In this document: positions 48,022 to 60,884 of the stretch, in pieces
How positions within the stretch are numbered: position 1 is the stretch's first letter
How the letters are laid out: each line of letters starts with the position of its first letter
From: Octopus sinensis
Lineage: Eukaryota
Reading direction: 5' to 3'
NCBI RefSeq assembly: GCF_006345805.1
Contig: NC_043011.1
Span: 45,830,464-45,894,463 of the forward strand
Length of the DNA: 64,000 nt
The notes under the pieces: generated by a model
What the model was told of the DNA's origin: nothing
Database searches by the model: none
Seen by the model: the letters and a program-made list of their open reading frames with translations, nothing else
Translations under genes and position numbers: made by a program

Positions 48022-48234
48022 TGAAAAAACCCTGTCAACATGCTCTCTTGCCGTATTTTCATCCACAGAAGGCTCAGTAAAACGGCCCATCATTTCATAT
48101 ATTGCAGATACTATATCCATCATTTCGTCTTTTGTAATTATCCCATCTCCATTTATATCATAGAGATTAAACGCCCATTGAAGTCTTTCTTGCAATGTGC
48201 CTCGAGATAATACTGAAAGCCCCATGACAAATTC
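48022..48234 (-). CDS. KCNIP: KChIP/KCNIP-like coding exon (213 nt; EFVMGLSVLSRGTLQERLQWAFNLYDINGDGIITKDEMMDIVSAIYEMMGRFTEPSVDENTAREHVDRVFS, EF-3)
   Basis: ttacag|GAA TTT GTC ATG...TTT TCA|gtaagt. It overlaps ORF 48004..48225 and contains the canonical EF loop DINGDGIITKDE. Confidence 0.95.
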
Positions 48235-48424
48235 CTGTAAAGTATAAAAGAAAGAAATTTGTATGCATGAACAAATGTTTAATCCTTAATAAAAATTAAT
48301 GATTTATGCATTACAGTTCATTTTGGAACATTTGCTTTGTTTTTCACATGTGCTTGTGCATGTATATTTAAGTGTCTATATTTCCTTCTTCTTCCTTTTC
48401 TCTTGGACTTTCCTCTGTCTCCTG

Positions 48425-48457
48425 TTTCTGAAGAAGAGCTTTGCTCAAAACATAAAA
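48425..48457 (+). ncRNA. Degenerate hammerhead relic (fourth family)
   Basis: TTT-CTGAAGA-A-GAGC(TTT)GCTC-aAAAC-aTA-AAA. Two G>A changes at inferred CpG sites destroy the GAAA box and stem III. Confidence 0.5.
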
Positions 48458-49092
48458 CAACCACACTTTCTTTCGTTTTCTGAGTGTCTTATTAATACTT
48501 TACATGTACCATGTTGTTATTTTTTTCTTGTTTTTATTTCTCCAGTTTTTTTTATTAATTGCATATATATATACATATATATGTATGCATGTGTATATAT
48601 ATATATATCAATGGAAATTGCGGATGTGCTACCAGTGCCGGTGGCATGTCAAAACTCTGCTTGTGAAGACCCGTTGAGGCAAGTGATGATCAGAATCGAA
48701 ATCGATCAATGGAAATCGATCAATGGAAATTGCAGATGTGTTACCAGTGCCGGTGGCATGTAAGAGAACTTTCCGTTTCGCGACCGTTGCCAGCACCGCC
48801 CTGTTTCGTGTCCATTGCCAGCCTCGCCTGGCCCTCGTGCCGGTGGCACATAAAAAGCACCATCCGTTCGTGGCCGTTTGCCAGCTCTGTCTGGCACCAG
48901 TGCGGGTGGCACATAAAAATCACCCACTACACTCACGGAGTGGTTGGCGTTAGGAAGGGCATCCAGCCGTAGAAACACTGCCAGATTTGACTGGGCCTGA
49001 TGATGCCTTCTGGCTTCACAGACCCCAGTAGAACCGTCCAACCCATGCTAGCATGGAAAACGGACGCTAAACAATGATGATGATGATGATGA

Positions 49093-49129
<37 letters not shown>

Positions 49130-49232
49130 ATTCAAATAAACAATCAATTAAAAATTGAATAATAAAATTAACAGACAACAACAGAACATGCACAAAGAAT
49201 CTATTAGGTTGATGCTTGATGAAAGGAGAAAG

Positions 49233-49265
49233 TTTGACGTTTTGAGTATAGCTCTTCATCAGAAA
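49233..49265 (-). ncRNA. Degenerate hammerhead relic (fourth family), sense to KCNIP
   Basis: UUU-CUGAUGA-A-GAG(CUAUA)CUC-aAAAC-GUC-AAA. Only G12>A departs from a minimal hammerhead. Its upstream flank resembles that of 48425. Confidence 0.55.
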
Positions 49266-49855
49266 GGAGAAGGGAAAGTCCAAAGAAGGAAAAGAAATCG
49301 CCAACAGCACATGTGTGGTTAGACCGGCTTCAGTCATAAATGACCACGGGATTGCGCCTAGAAAGTTATCCTCCGAAGCACAAGTCCAGACAAGGTTGTT
49401 TATGGAAGACCAGCAGTTGCCCATGCATATCAGCCTCTCCTCTCTACACCATCAGTGTTATCTAAGGAGATGGGTACAGGCCAATACAGCTTGGCTCCAT
49501 TGACATTGCAACCCATTTCTAAAGCTGTGTGAACTGGAGCAACGTGAAAGAAAGTGTCTTGTTCAAGGACACAACACACAGCCTGGTCTGGTAATCAAAC
49601 TCACTACCTCATGGTTGTGAGCCTGATACTCTAACCACTGAGAAAACAAGTACTGATTGGTGGCATGAAGGGCAGGTGTGACGGCTGTTACCTCAATGGG
49701 TCCCGTCTAATGCATGGAAAATGTAGACTTAAATAATGATGTCCATGTATATATATATAGGGGAGAATTCACAAAAAAAAACAAACAAAAGATGAAGACA
49801 GGTGGTGTAGACAACAAACAGATGTGTTAGTATAATGCTCGGAAAGTGATAAAGT

Positions 49856-49891
49856 CTTTAATGTTTTGAGCCTATGCTTTTCCACAGAAAG
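49856..49891 (-). ncRNA. Highly degenerate hammerhead-like relic, sense to KCNIP
   Basis: CUUU-CUGUGGA-AAAGC(AUAG)GCUC-aAAAC-AUU-AAAG. Confidence 0.35.
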
Positions 49892-51170
49892 AAACAAAGA
49901 GAAAATAAAATCATCATCATCATCATTTAACGTCCGCTTTCCATGCTAGCATGGGTTGGACTAATATATATATATAATAATATTAGGGAAAACTAATTAG
50001 ATTTACACATAATAATAAATTGGTAATTTAGAAATAATGTTAATGTATTGCACTGGGGTTTAACCTACACCTCAATTTTCGCAGTCTTGATAGGGCACAG
50101 TTCTTGTGACACAGTTCTGAATTATTGCTTTACATTTAAGTAAAAGCATCATCTCTGACACACCATGAAAAGGTCAATATTTTCAGAATTTAATTTATTT
50201 CTCGCAGAATGTTTAAAAAAAAAAAACAGCTCTATATGGCACCAAAATTAAATATATTATTTCATTATTAATATTGTTGTTACTCTGATGTTAATGATGT
50301 TAATTTATTTGATATGAAATTTTTTTAAACTTAGAAACACAATCATAATGCATGTTGTCAGTAATTATTTGTATGTTTATCAATTAGACTCGATATGTGT
50401 AATTGGTTATTGTCTCTACGAATCCTAATGCAACACATCAATAGGCCAGTTTGTTTTCAAAGTATATTTCTACCACATCATCTTCTCTGAGTCTACTTAA
50501 AGAATATTTAAAGTTCCTGTTGTGTCTGGGTAGAGTCATTTTCTTTTTGTGCCTTATAATTCAACGCGCTCACCGTTAAAATTTCCACTTATATCTTTCC
50601 TAAAATTTTCAATAGTCTGCGTGTGTGTGTGTGCCTGTGCATGCACGTATGTGTGTATGTATGTGTGCATGTATATATGTGTGTGTGCATCTGTATCCTG
50701 TATATTCAAGTGCTTGCATGTCCGTGTTTGTGTATTTTCTATGTATGTGTGTGAGTGCGTGTTTGTATATGTATGCACCTCTTTCTCCTTGTGTATGTGT
50801 GTGTTTTGCAACTATGTACCACGTTTGTATGTGGATGGATGTGCATTTCTATATGTGTGGATCCATGTCTCCATATGTGTCCTTGTATGTGTGTATATAT
50901 ATGGTAAATCCATCTTGTTGTACATTTACTACAACCTGTAAAGGACAGACTTGTAAAGGATTTCTTTTTTTTCTAAAGTTCTACTTGTTTCAGACTGTGG
51001 CCATGCTGGAGCACCACCTTTTTAGTTGAGCAAATCGACCCCAAGACTTATTCTTTGTAAGCCTAGTACTTATTCTATTGGTCTCTTTTGCCGAACCACT
51101 AAGTTACAGGGATGTAACACACCAGCATCGGTTGTCAAGCAATGTTGGGAGGACAAACACAGACACACAA

Positions 51171-51209
<39 letters not shown>

Positions 51210-51970
51210 CGATGGCTTTTTTCTGTTTCTGTCAACCAAATCCACTCACAAGGCTTTGGTTGGCCCGAGTAGTAGAAGATATTTGCTCAAAGTATCATGC
51301 AGTGGGCCTGAACCCAGAACCATGTGGTTGGTAAACAAGCTACTTACCACACAGCCACTCCTGCACCTATATTTGATCTTATGACATTTAGTAGTTTATG
51401 TTCATTTTATGAATGTTACAACATGGAAGTTAGAAACACAGACTGGATAAAATGTAAACAATATATAGACAGACACATTTGTGTTGAATTACAAGTCAGC
51501 TCCAAATATATGTGATAATAAATATTTCACTTTTAACATCAGCTGTTAAATACAAACTAGTAATATTGATTTAAGAGGATAATTACCTGAGAATTGTGAT
51601 ATTCATTCTTTCTCAAGGTCATTAGTAATGTAATTAGCAATTATTGAGTGATTAACTCTACTGTGCACCACTCACCTTTACTAAATTAGATACTACTTAA
51701 CCTGTAAGCTGAAAGAGATGAGTGTTTCCGTCACTAACGAAATAGAAAATAATTGTTGCAGATTAACTCCCAAAATAACTTTCATCCTTTTTCCACGTGC
51801 CGTGAAACCAAGTTTTACAGAAGAAAACAGTGTCTTAAATCCATCCCAAACTTTTTCTCCACCATGGTGCACATGTGTGTGTGTGTATGTGTGCGTCTGT
51901 TGGCAGTGGTAGGGAATGTAGCAAGTTAAAGGAAAACATATTGGATGTATTTATAAGATGTAAATCTTAC

Positions 51971-52041
51971 CTCAAAATTAACTGAGCCACTATGGTCATG
52001 GTCAAATGCATTGAATACATAATGTGCATAATTGCTGGAAT
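51971..52041 (-). CDS. KCNIP: KChIP/KCNIP-like coding exon (71 nt; (D)SSNYAHYVFNAFDHDHSGSVNFE, EF-2)
   Basis: ttatccag|AT TCC AGC AAT...TTT GAG|gtaagatt. The phase-1 start completes GAT with the previous exon. The EF-hand loop DHDHSGSVNFEE spans the next junction. Confidence 0.93.
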
Positions 52042-52839
52042 CTGGATAAGATAAACAAAAAGTAGGAATGGTTAGAATATTAAGAAACAGTAAAAGCTTT
52101 ATATTATGTTACACTCAAAATTCTACACAGAGTCACACATATAATTTTTATATGATTCCTACACACGCTAAATCATTACAATCCTCATGTTCTGATCATG
52201 ATCAAAACCAAAAAGTACATTTTTTTTTTAATTAAGAGCACTGAAAAAAAATTGTATCATGCTAGCTATTTTTATTAATTAAGACCACTTGCCTTCTGTG
52301 TTTGTTGCAAAAAATGCAAGTTGTGATAACCATGTCAATTTTCTCTAACAGTAACAATATTAATGATACATTTAAGTAGAATTCCAAACCAGATTATAGA
52401 CTCCAATGAAATCTGTCTTCAATATTTAAATTCAATAAAATGGGTAAATGTAAGATCCCTTGATTAGTAGGCTTCTTTCACTGGCAATGTCCAATAAAAT
52501 CCAAATATGTTTGTAGCTGTGTCACCTTGCCTGAAAACGAAGATTATTCCTGAAGCATATGAATTAATTTTATGATTTCTTGACAAGCTGCTATGATTGT
52601 CTCCCCTTTTCTTTAGATGTGGGGGTCACTAACAATTACTGCTGGGTTTTTGTTTTTCTCATACTTCATTTAGTACAACATCCTTTAAATTCTTTATATA
52701 CATTACATCCAGTTATGCCTGTTTCTCCTGAAACTAGGGAATTTACATTCTGCAGTAATATAACTGCTTCGAATTCTCTCTCTCTCTCTCTCTCATAAGA
52801 CATTATCCTGCAGAAATTATACTATGTTATATACCATTT

Positions 52840-53015
52840 TATTTCCTCATAAGTAATATTTGTATCATTAATGTGATGAGAAGAATTGTCATATCTCAGA
52901 GGCTTTAATACGATGTCATTAAGTCTTGGCAGTGAAGATGAGAAGGATGAAGAGGCATACATTGTTAAAGAGAATAGTAAAGCCCAATCAGTAGTTGATG
53001 AAAGAGATGGCAAGA
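52840..53015 (-). mobile_element. Old LINE (CR1/L2-like) 3' relic; a related copy lies at about 55120-55280
   Basis: The two diverged intronic copies share TTAATGTGATGAGAAGAATT...GTTAAAGAGAATAG.AAAGCC. Family assignment is tentative. Confidence 0.4.
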
Positions 53016-56000
53016 GAAATAGGAACAGAATATAAAATAGAAAATGATAGAGTTGTTAGATTTGAGGAAGGATTGAAAAAGGAGGTTGGCTAGATAGAAT
53101 TCACAATTGCAAAATGAAATGTTTCTTCTTTTTGAAAATGAGGTTGTGATGTTTATGGCTGTCTCTAGAATGTTAAAAATGTGGTATCACTCGCTATAAG
53201 AATCAAACTTATGTTATGGCTTAATTTTGTAGGTAATTAACTGTTTACTATTTGCTGTAAATATTAGTAACAATTATAAGGTGACAAGCTGAGAGACTCA
53301 TTAGCACATTGGACGAAATGCTTAAGAGCTTTCATCTGTCTTTAAGTTCTGAGTTCAAATTCTGTCAAGGTTAGCTTTACCTTTCGTCCTTTTGGGGGTT
53401 GATAAAATAAGTACCAGTTGTGCACTGGAGTAGATGTAATTGACTTATTCTCTCCCCTGAAATTGCTGGCCTTGTGCTAACATTTCTTGCCAATATCAAT
53501 AACTGTTATGTATTTCAGTTTATATCTTAACTATTGAGATTTATAAAATGATTTAAGGTTCAAATAAATGTTGGATTACTACAACAAAATGTTTTGGCAG
53601 TAAATTATTATAGATACCAGTATAGATTATTCTTTTTTATTGGAAATTTTTGTTTTTTTTACCAGAAAGCCAAACTTTTGAAAACTACAAATAAAGTCAA
53701 CAAAAAATTTTTTGAGTTGAATTTAAATGCAAAAACAACCAAAAAATTTCTCTTAATCAATTTAACATTGATATAAGATAGAATTTAAGCTCTGTAAATA
53801 AATATAATAAATATCTGAAGGAAACATTTAAATTTTACATTAACAATTCAGAACTAAACACAATACCAAAAACTTATATTGCAAAAGTTATTTAGTCTAG
53901 CTATCATTGATTTTTACCAATATTACTTCTGATCATTGTTGCTGGTGTTATTATTATTATTATTAGTAGTAGTAGTTGATGTTGTTGTTATAAATTTGTC
54001 AGCAGCAACAATGTGAATGAGCTTTGTAATCTGATAGATATATCTCAAGAGTATGTTACAAAAGATCATTGTTGTACAGTCCTTTAGAAACGGTTTCTGT
54101 TATTGATTTTCCTTCAGTAATATTCCTCCCTAGGAAATTATCTAATGAATTATTGTTAAATCAGTCTCGAAAGAAAATATAAAGAAAATTGAATAATTTT
54201 ATTTAATAAAAATAAATTCACTGAAATGTCTTGAATCTTACAATAAAATGAAATCAGAGAAATGAATCAAATTTATTATTATCTGATGTTGTAGTTGAGT
54301 CTATAAGTTGTGACTCAGTTTCAATTCCAGATTGAAACCAGTTCACTTATATTGTTAATACCATTGTGAATGGCTTAGCTATAATAACACCATATTATGC
54401 TTCCATTATAATTCTTAAGCTTTGTGCTTATGTAGGGAAATAGTATTTTGTATTCAGCGTATAGCATACAGCTTCAAGTAGACTGCATTAATAATTTCAT
54501 TCAGTAACTTTACATTATTTTAACTGATAACATTTCCTATAATATTTCCAATAGTTTTGAAAAGTAAATTTAGTCGTATAATCTTTTTAAAAGATCAATT
54601 AACATAATTTTATCACAACTTTTATATTTTACTGTAATGAAAAGATGTTTGACCTTCTAAAACAGTTAGATTTCACAGATTTTATGAAAGATAAACAGAC
54701 ATTTCCTGAACATTATACAGTTAATCTTTACATCACCTCTGTTCTGTAATTAAATCATTTAGTTTACTTTGTCTTTATGCAAAACCTGACTCACTGAATA
54801 TTTATGATTCTCAAATAATATTGCTATAACTTTGTACATTTTAATTGAAAGCTGAGTGAATCAGGTTGTGGCAAATTTTTTAATGGAAAATATATTATAT
54901 TAAAAATTAAATTAGCAGTAAAATACTACACATGCAGATTAGTGGGGGGAAAAAGAGAGAAAGAGGTTAATAAAAGAAGTGTTTAAGAATATTGGGTTAC
55001 TAATAAGAGTGGATAAAATAAACTGTCTCAGAAACTAGAGTTATTTTCTGCTTGCTCATAAATGAGGAAGGAACAAATATTTGGTTTAGAGATTCTTTTA
55101 CTTTCCCATACTTATGTATTATTTGTGGCATTAATGTGATGAGAAGAATTATGTAATGGCTCAGGGGTCCTTAATACAATGTTAAGTCTTGAAAGTGAGG
55201 ATGAGAAGGACGAAGAGCTATATATTGTTAAAGAGAATAGAAAAGCCAAATCTGCAGCTAATGAAAGGGGAGATGGAAAGGACAGAAGCTAATGTAAGAT
55301 TAACAATCCTACACATGGAAAGGAATTTATGTATGACATGTATATGAAAAGATTAGAATGATATTTCATTCTTAGATTCTAGCTTAGTTTTGGAAATGAT
55401 AAAAACCCCAAGAAATCAATCGCATGACAAGACATTGTTTGATATCTTTAGAAATTACTGTTAAACAAATAATTTGTTGAAATATTTTGCTAATGGTCAG
55501 CAAAAGTGTCAATTGGAATAATGTTACATAATATTAAAAAATATCATCTTGTTATACATCTAAGGTGTGTAGCAAGATAATGTTTGCTTTATATTACTAA
55601 AACTGATTTTAAAACAAACAAGAAAGGATGACTGTTGAAATTATGTAGAGATAACATTTGTTGCAGTTAGAAACATCACTGTATTTCGTTGAAGTATCTC
55701 AATATATATTTGTAATAAAATATTAAGACAGTAGCATGTTACTGTCTTCTAAATTGTGTAGGTTCCTTAAAATTGGAAAATGTTCTTCCCACTTTCAGTA
55801 ATTTATCAATTTCAGTTCAGTAAATATAAAAAGCTAATATCTACTTGCATTGATTCTTTGTAGTCATATTCTTGTTACTAAAATATATTTTGCGATTGTC
55901 AGAGAAGGATATCAGAAACATTTGTCTACGTAGTCATAGAATCCAAGAGTTAAATTCTTAATCTAATATTTATTCATGTCATCTCAAGAAAACTATATTT

Positions 56001-56335
56001 CAAGTAGATTTATTACTTCTAACACATATATATGTGTGTGTGTGTGTGTGTTGATGGGGCGATGCTACGAAGGATATCTAGCTATAGAAATCCTGCTAAA
56101 GCAGATAGTGAAACAATGCACTGTCCTTTACCTTGTTAGATTCCTTCAAACAGTCAGTCCATCCATGCCAGCATAGAAGACATGTTAATAGAGATGATAT
56201 GATGGTGTCTTCTATTGAGAATGATGTATGAATATTCAGTTGTTTGATCAAGTAGAGTCTTAGGAATAAAGCCTTGTTTCTCGAAGATGGTACTCTGAGT
56301 CCCTAATATAACCAGGATGACCTGATAGTTGATGT

Positions 56336-56552
56336 TTAACCCTTCAGCATTCAAACTGGCCATATCCAGCCTAGATATTCTACCATATCCAGCCAGATGA
56401 AACCTCTCACACCTACCCTACAAGGTCCTTATAAAACTAAGCAGTCACATTGTGAAAATCTCAAAGCTACTCAAAGATGCTTGATTAATTCAAAACAATG
56501 TGAATAAATAAGCATTACATTTGACAGAATAATCTGAATGGTAAAGGGTTAA
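56336..56552. mobile_element. piggyBac-type MITE (about 215 bp), intact copy
   Basis: TTAA|CCCTTCAGCATT...AATGGTAAAGGG|TTAA. A TTAA TSD with CCC/GGG ends is the piggyBac signature. Confidence 0.8.
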
Positions 56553-57960
56553 ATAGCTTTTCTACCTCCAAACACCACCAGCTTCATTGAATCTTCAGAC
56601 CAGGTTGTTACTGATATGTTCAAACCTTATATTTTATGGTACACCTTTATTTTGAGATTCTCTGTGTTTCTTTCAGTTACTTTAAATATTACAAAGAATT
56701 TAGTAAAATAACTTAGTTATCATTAAGCTAGTGTTAGGAACATAAATTGTGACTAAGATTTGGTGGTAGATTTTAATTCAAAACTTATGAAAACAAGACA
56801 TTTGTACTATAGAGCCAGAGCCAGTTTCAGCCAGGTTGGTAACGAAAGGGTTAAGCAGTTTATTAAATTCTTAGATGGTGAAGCTAAACCTACTGTAAAT
56901 GAATTTATTGGGTGGTTACAGCATTGTCAAATTTTGAATGCTATTGAAGATTTGACAGAGGCATGGTGAGATGTGAAAACAATCATGATGATCTTGTTTG
57001 GACTAAAATCTATCTGTAGTGTAATGCAGATTTCCTGGATTTTGAAGAATCAATACAAAATATTAATAAGGAGATTGTTGGGTTGAACATGAAATAAATG
57101 TAGAAAAGGTAGCTTTAGTTTTATAGATCTACTTTTTGAGTTTCATCAATTCCAATCCTTGTGCTACCAGTTCTCTTATCAACTCCCTCTTCTCAGTTTG
57201 TCACATGGATCCTCTAACTGATTTTTTATATAATTTTCTTGGTTAAAATAAGCCTATCTGGTGACATTTGTTACCTTTGTACTATTCTAAGTAGAGTTTC
57301 TTTCCTAGGAAAAACACTAGCAGAATTAAGTAGGCACCCACCACATAAGTTTTGTATAATGTTAATGTCGCTTTCTCAGGCCATTTGGCTCTTTAATTTT
57401 CTAGACTATTTTCAAAGACAGGTTTTATCCAGATTTGGGCAGGTGTTAGGAATTCTTTGCTTCTCCTTGAATATCACAGTCTTTTGTTTTTAATTACTAC
57501 CTTCAGCTCTGTAGAAATAGCTCCCAAGCAAAACTTTTTCTCTGTATAACTGACTACACCAGTATCTAGGGCAAGATGGTTGATATTGGTTTGGCTTGGG
57601 AATATGGCTAAAAAGTCCAGACATGCAACCCATTAAAGTGAAATTGGAGAAATTAATACTGATTATTTCTAAACAATGTAAATTTTTTCTTACAATCATT
57701 GAAAATGAAACTTGTTTTAATAAAATTTCCTGCATGTATATTCTATATATATGTTAAAAGAACACTAGATTTTCTGGTTGTCTGTTTGTTCATTTATGTG
57801 TTGAGTGAAGCCAGTTTTGGCCATAAGTACATTTGTATAAATGTCTATTAGTGAAATGTCCATTTGGGGAAATGTCTGTCAGCCATTTTATTGGTAGTCT
57901 GCTTTTTATTAATCTTCTTTGAGTATATGCATAGGACATATCTATTTCATATTTCACTGT

Positions 57961-58186
57961 TTAACCCATTAGTATTTAAACTGGCCATATCTGGCCCAAT
58001 TATTCAACCTGTTTTATGTTCAAACTTACCAGATCCAGCCTCTCACACCCACCCTACAATGTCATTCCAAAAACAAACAAACACATCACTGAAATCTGGA
58101 AGCTATGAGATAATGCATAAATAATTCAAAACAATGTGAATAAATAATCCTTACATATGACAGTATTCTGAAAGCTAAAAGTTTAA
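57961..58186. mobile_element. piggyBac-type MITE, same family
   Basis: TTAACCCATTAGTATTT...AGCTAAAAGTTTAA, and the internal sequence aligns by eye to 56336-56552. Confidence 0.7.
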
Positions 58187-58640
58187 AGTAATAAATAGTT
58201 TGAGCTTTTATAATTGAAGTCTGGTGATATCTTTGTGACAAGGAATATACTGTAGAAATTTAACTCTTGTTTATACCATTGAGCACGTGGTAAGATTAAT
58301 TTTGCATTCCCTTGTTTCACACAGGCCACACTCTCTAAGAACTTGTCAATACTAACAGCTAAAAATATATGAATATCATTATATGGCTTAACCACATACC
58401 GAAAATTTAGAAATAGCAGCCAAAGACCGCTTATTCCTTTTTACTCCACATATAACATTACCTGTAACTACATGCGTTAGGAAGGGCATCCAGCTGTAGA
58501 AACATTGCCAGATAAGACCGGAGCCTGGTGCAGCCTTCTGGCTTCCCAGATCCCCGGTCAAACCGTCCAACCCATGCTAGCATGGAGAACGGGCGTTAAA
58601 CGATGATGAGGATGATGATGATATATATATATATATATAT

Positions 58641-58945
58641 TATTGACAAGAAAGTAAGTTTTAAATGTAGTATAGCTGTGAAAACAGCTGAGAAAGATTA
58701 GGTGTTTACCCTTATAAGACAGAAAAAAGTTGCTAGCATGCAGCTACAGAAATTGAACCCTGTATCCATCAGATACTGGCTGAGTGCTCTACCATTAAAC
58801 TAAATAGCTCCTGTCAGAGGCTGTTTAACTGCCTGCTGGTCATAGCCACCTGCTGACAACTTTTTCTGTCTTATAAGAGTAAATGCCCAATCTATTTCTG
58901 CTGTTTTCACAGCTATACTGCATTCGAAATTTTCTTTCCTGTCTG
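58641..58945. repeat. Head-to-head inverted element with about 90-bp arms and a tRNA-like centre
   Basis: 58641-58732 is the imperfect reverse complement of 58857-58945. The minus strand of 58741-58810 has A-box (TAGTTTAATGGTAGAGC) and B-box (GGTTCAATTT) like motifs. Confidence 0.65.
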
Positions 58946-59187
58946 TAAAATACTAACACATATGAATGACATTTTCAAAGTTTGTTCATACTACATCCAT
59001 TACACACACATACATACACACATGTGAATGTATGCTAGCAATTTTTCTTAAAGTCTTTCAACTGTCTTATTTGTCCTTTACGCTGTGTTTGAACTATAGC
59101 TTCACTAAAGCCATGAAACTATCAAAACACTGTCTCTGCTCCTGGATGAAATAATTGCTTAAGAGGATCTTAATACAGATTTATTTA

Positions 59188-59223
<36 letters not shown>

Positions 59224-59472
59224 AGATAATAATCCCAAGAATGTTGTGTTCATTTATCATTCATTAATCAAACCAACTTGAAATTTTCTATCAGCAGCAA
59301 CTCCTTTTTAATTAGTAACCTGGAGAAAATGGTTCTGTAAAAGCGACTGCTATTAATGTGTTACTTTTGTAAAAGGTGAGATTTGAACTCAGAATGTAAA
59401 GAGCTGGAATAAATACCACAAACCACTTTGTCCAATGTTCTAACAACTCTGCTGCATATAATGATTTATATA

Positions 59473-59542
<70 letters not shown>

Positions 59543-59808
59543 TATATATGATTTATAATTATATATTCCAAGAATAAGAAGAAAGAAAGTGTCATGGAAA
59601 GCAAGAACTCACTCAAGATATTAGAAAATGTTTGTTTTGTTATGAGTTTCTTAACAGAGCAAATGTTAGCTCTGTGAGGTTGTACATAAATATAATTTTC
59701 ATTTAATTTACATTATTTGAAATTTCGTATAGTAGCTGCTCTTCTTGTTTTATTGTGTTGCCTTGATAGTCATATTGTTTTACAAATAAATAAGTTAACT
59801 ATTCTTAC

Positions 59809-59878
59809 CTCCTTGAGGAAAAAATTGAGCATAAATGTCCTTAAATGTATCTTCGTTCACTATACCTGTCGGACACTC
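59809..59878 (-). CDS. KCNIP: KChIP/KCNIP-like neuronal calcium sensor, internal coding exon (70 nt; ECPTGIVNEDTFKDIYAQFFPQG)
   Basis: Minus-strand reading is ttctatag|GAG TGT CCG ACA GGT...CAA GGA G|gtaagaat. It carries the CPxG motif of the NCS-family non-binding EF-1. The 70-nt size and phase match my recollection of the vertebrate KCNIP exon. It is too short for the ORF track and was found by manual translation. Confidence 0.93.
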
Positions 59879-60731
59879 CTATAGAAAAGAAAAGAAAGAA
59901 AACATATGTAAGGAATAGCTGAACAGTGTTCAGAAAATCTGTGATTAAATACATAAAAGTAACTGGAAATTGCCTGTGGAGTTGCTAGCTGCTGGCTATA
60001 TATTGGTCTCTTCACTTAAAAAAAATAAAAGGTGTCTTTCTCAACATTAATCAAACATTATGGATTCATATTAATATTTTCATTCAATTGCTTTAATTTG
60101 TTAGTATTTACATTGAACAGCTGTTTTGTGTGATTGTTATTTTATGAAGTCCGGTGTTACATTTGCCACCTCCCAAAAATAAAATAAGCAATTATAGTTA
60201 TGATAATAATTTGTTAAACAGAAAGTATTGAAGGAGAAAATGTATATGTTGTAGACTTGTCTTCAAAGATGGTTTCATCTGTAAGTTGAGTGATAAATCA
60301 GCATAGATTAATTTCTTACATAGACAGAGAAAATGACAGTTAATCATTAAATGGTTTCTCAATTTCCAGAAACTGGAAACTGAGAAATTATATAAAAGAA
60401 AACATGATTAATACCAATTATTGGAGTATTAAAATACAATGTGTTTCACGAAAAGAAAATTTGAACATAAATATATATAAATTAATAAAAATCTCAGTAA
60501 GTTCATTAGCTTGAAGTGAGGTGTACTCTAACATTTTAGGCAGTCTAAGTTGTCTACTAAAATTAGAAATATTCTCAAATGTTCGAAGCATTATTGCATG
60601 TCATAAGTGACTTGGCAGATAATAAGCTTTTGCAGAATTTAGTTATATCTCTTTATATTTTCAGTTCAGATCCTGCAAAGGTTAAACTTGCCAATTCGAA
60701 TCGATAAAATAAACTAACAGTCTAAGTAGAT

Positions 60732-60884
60732 CAGGGGCGGACCCAAGGAGGGACAGGTGCCCCCCCCCTCCTCAAGGAAAGAAGTGTGCCCTTCTAAATA
60801 ATGTTATTACGCCCTTTTCTCCTGGAACTGTATTCCCTTCTGACCTTGTGCCCTCCCTTTGAAAAATTCCCGGGACTGCACCTG
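60732..60884. mobile_element. Probable hAT-type MITE relic
   Basis: A GC-rich island running CAGGGGCGGACCC...GGGACTGCACCTG in AT-rich intron. No convincing TSD was found. Confidence 0.45.
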
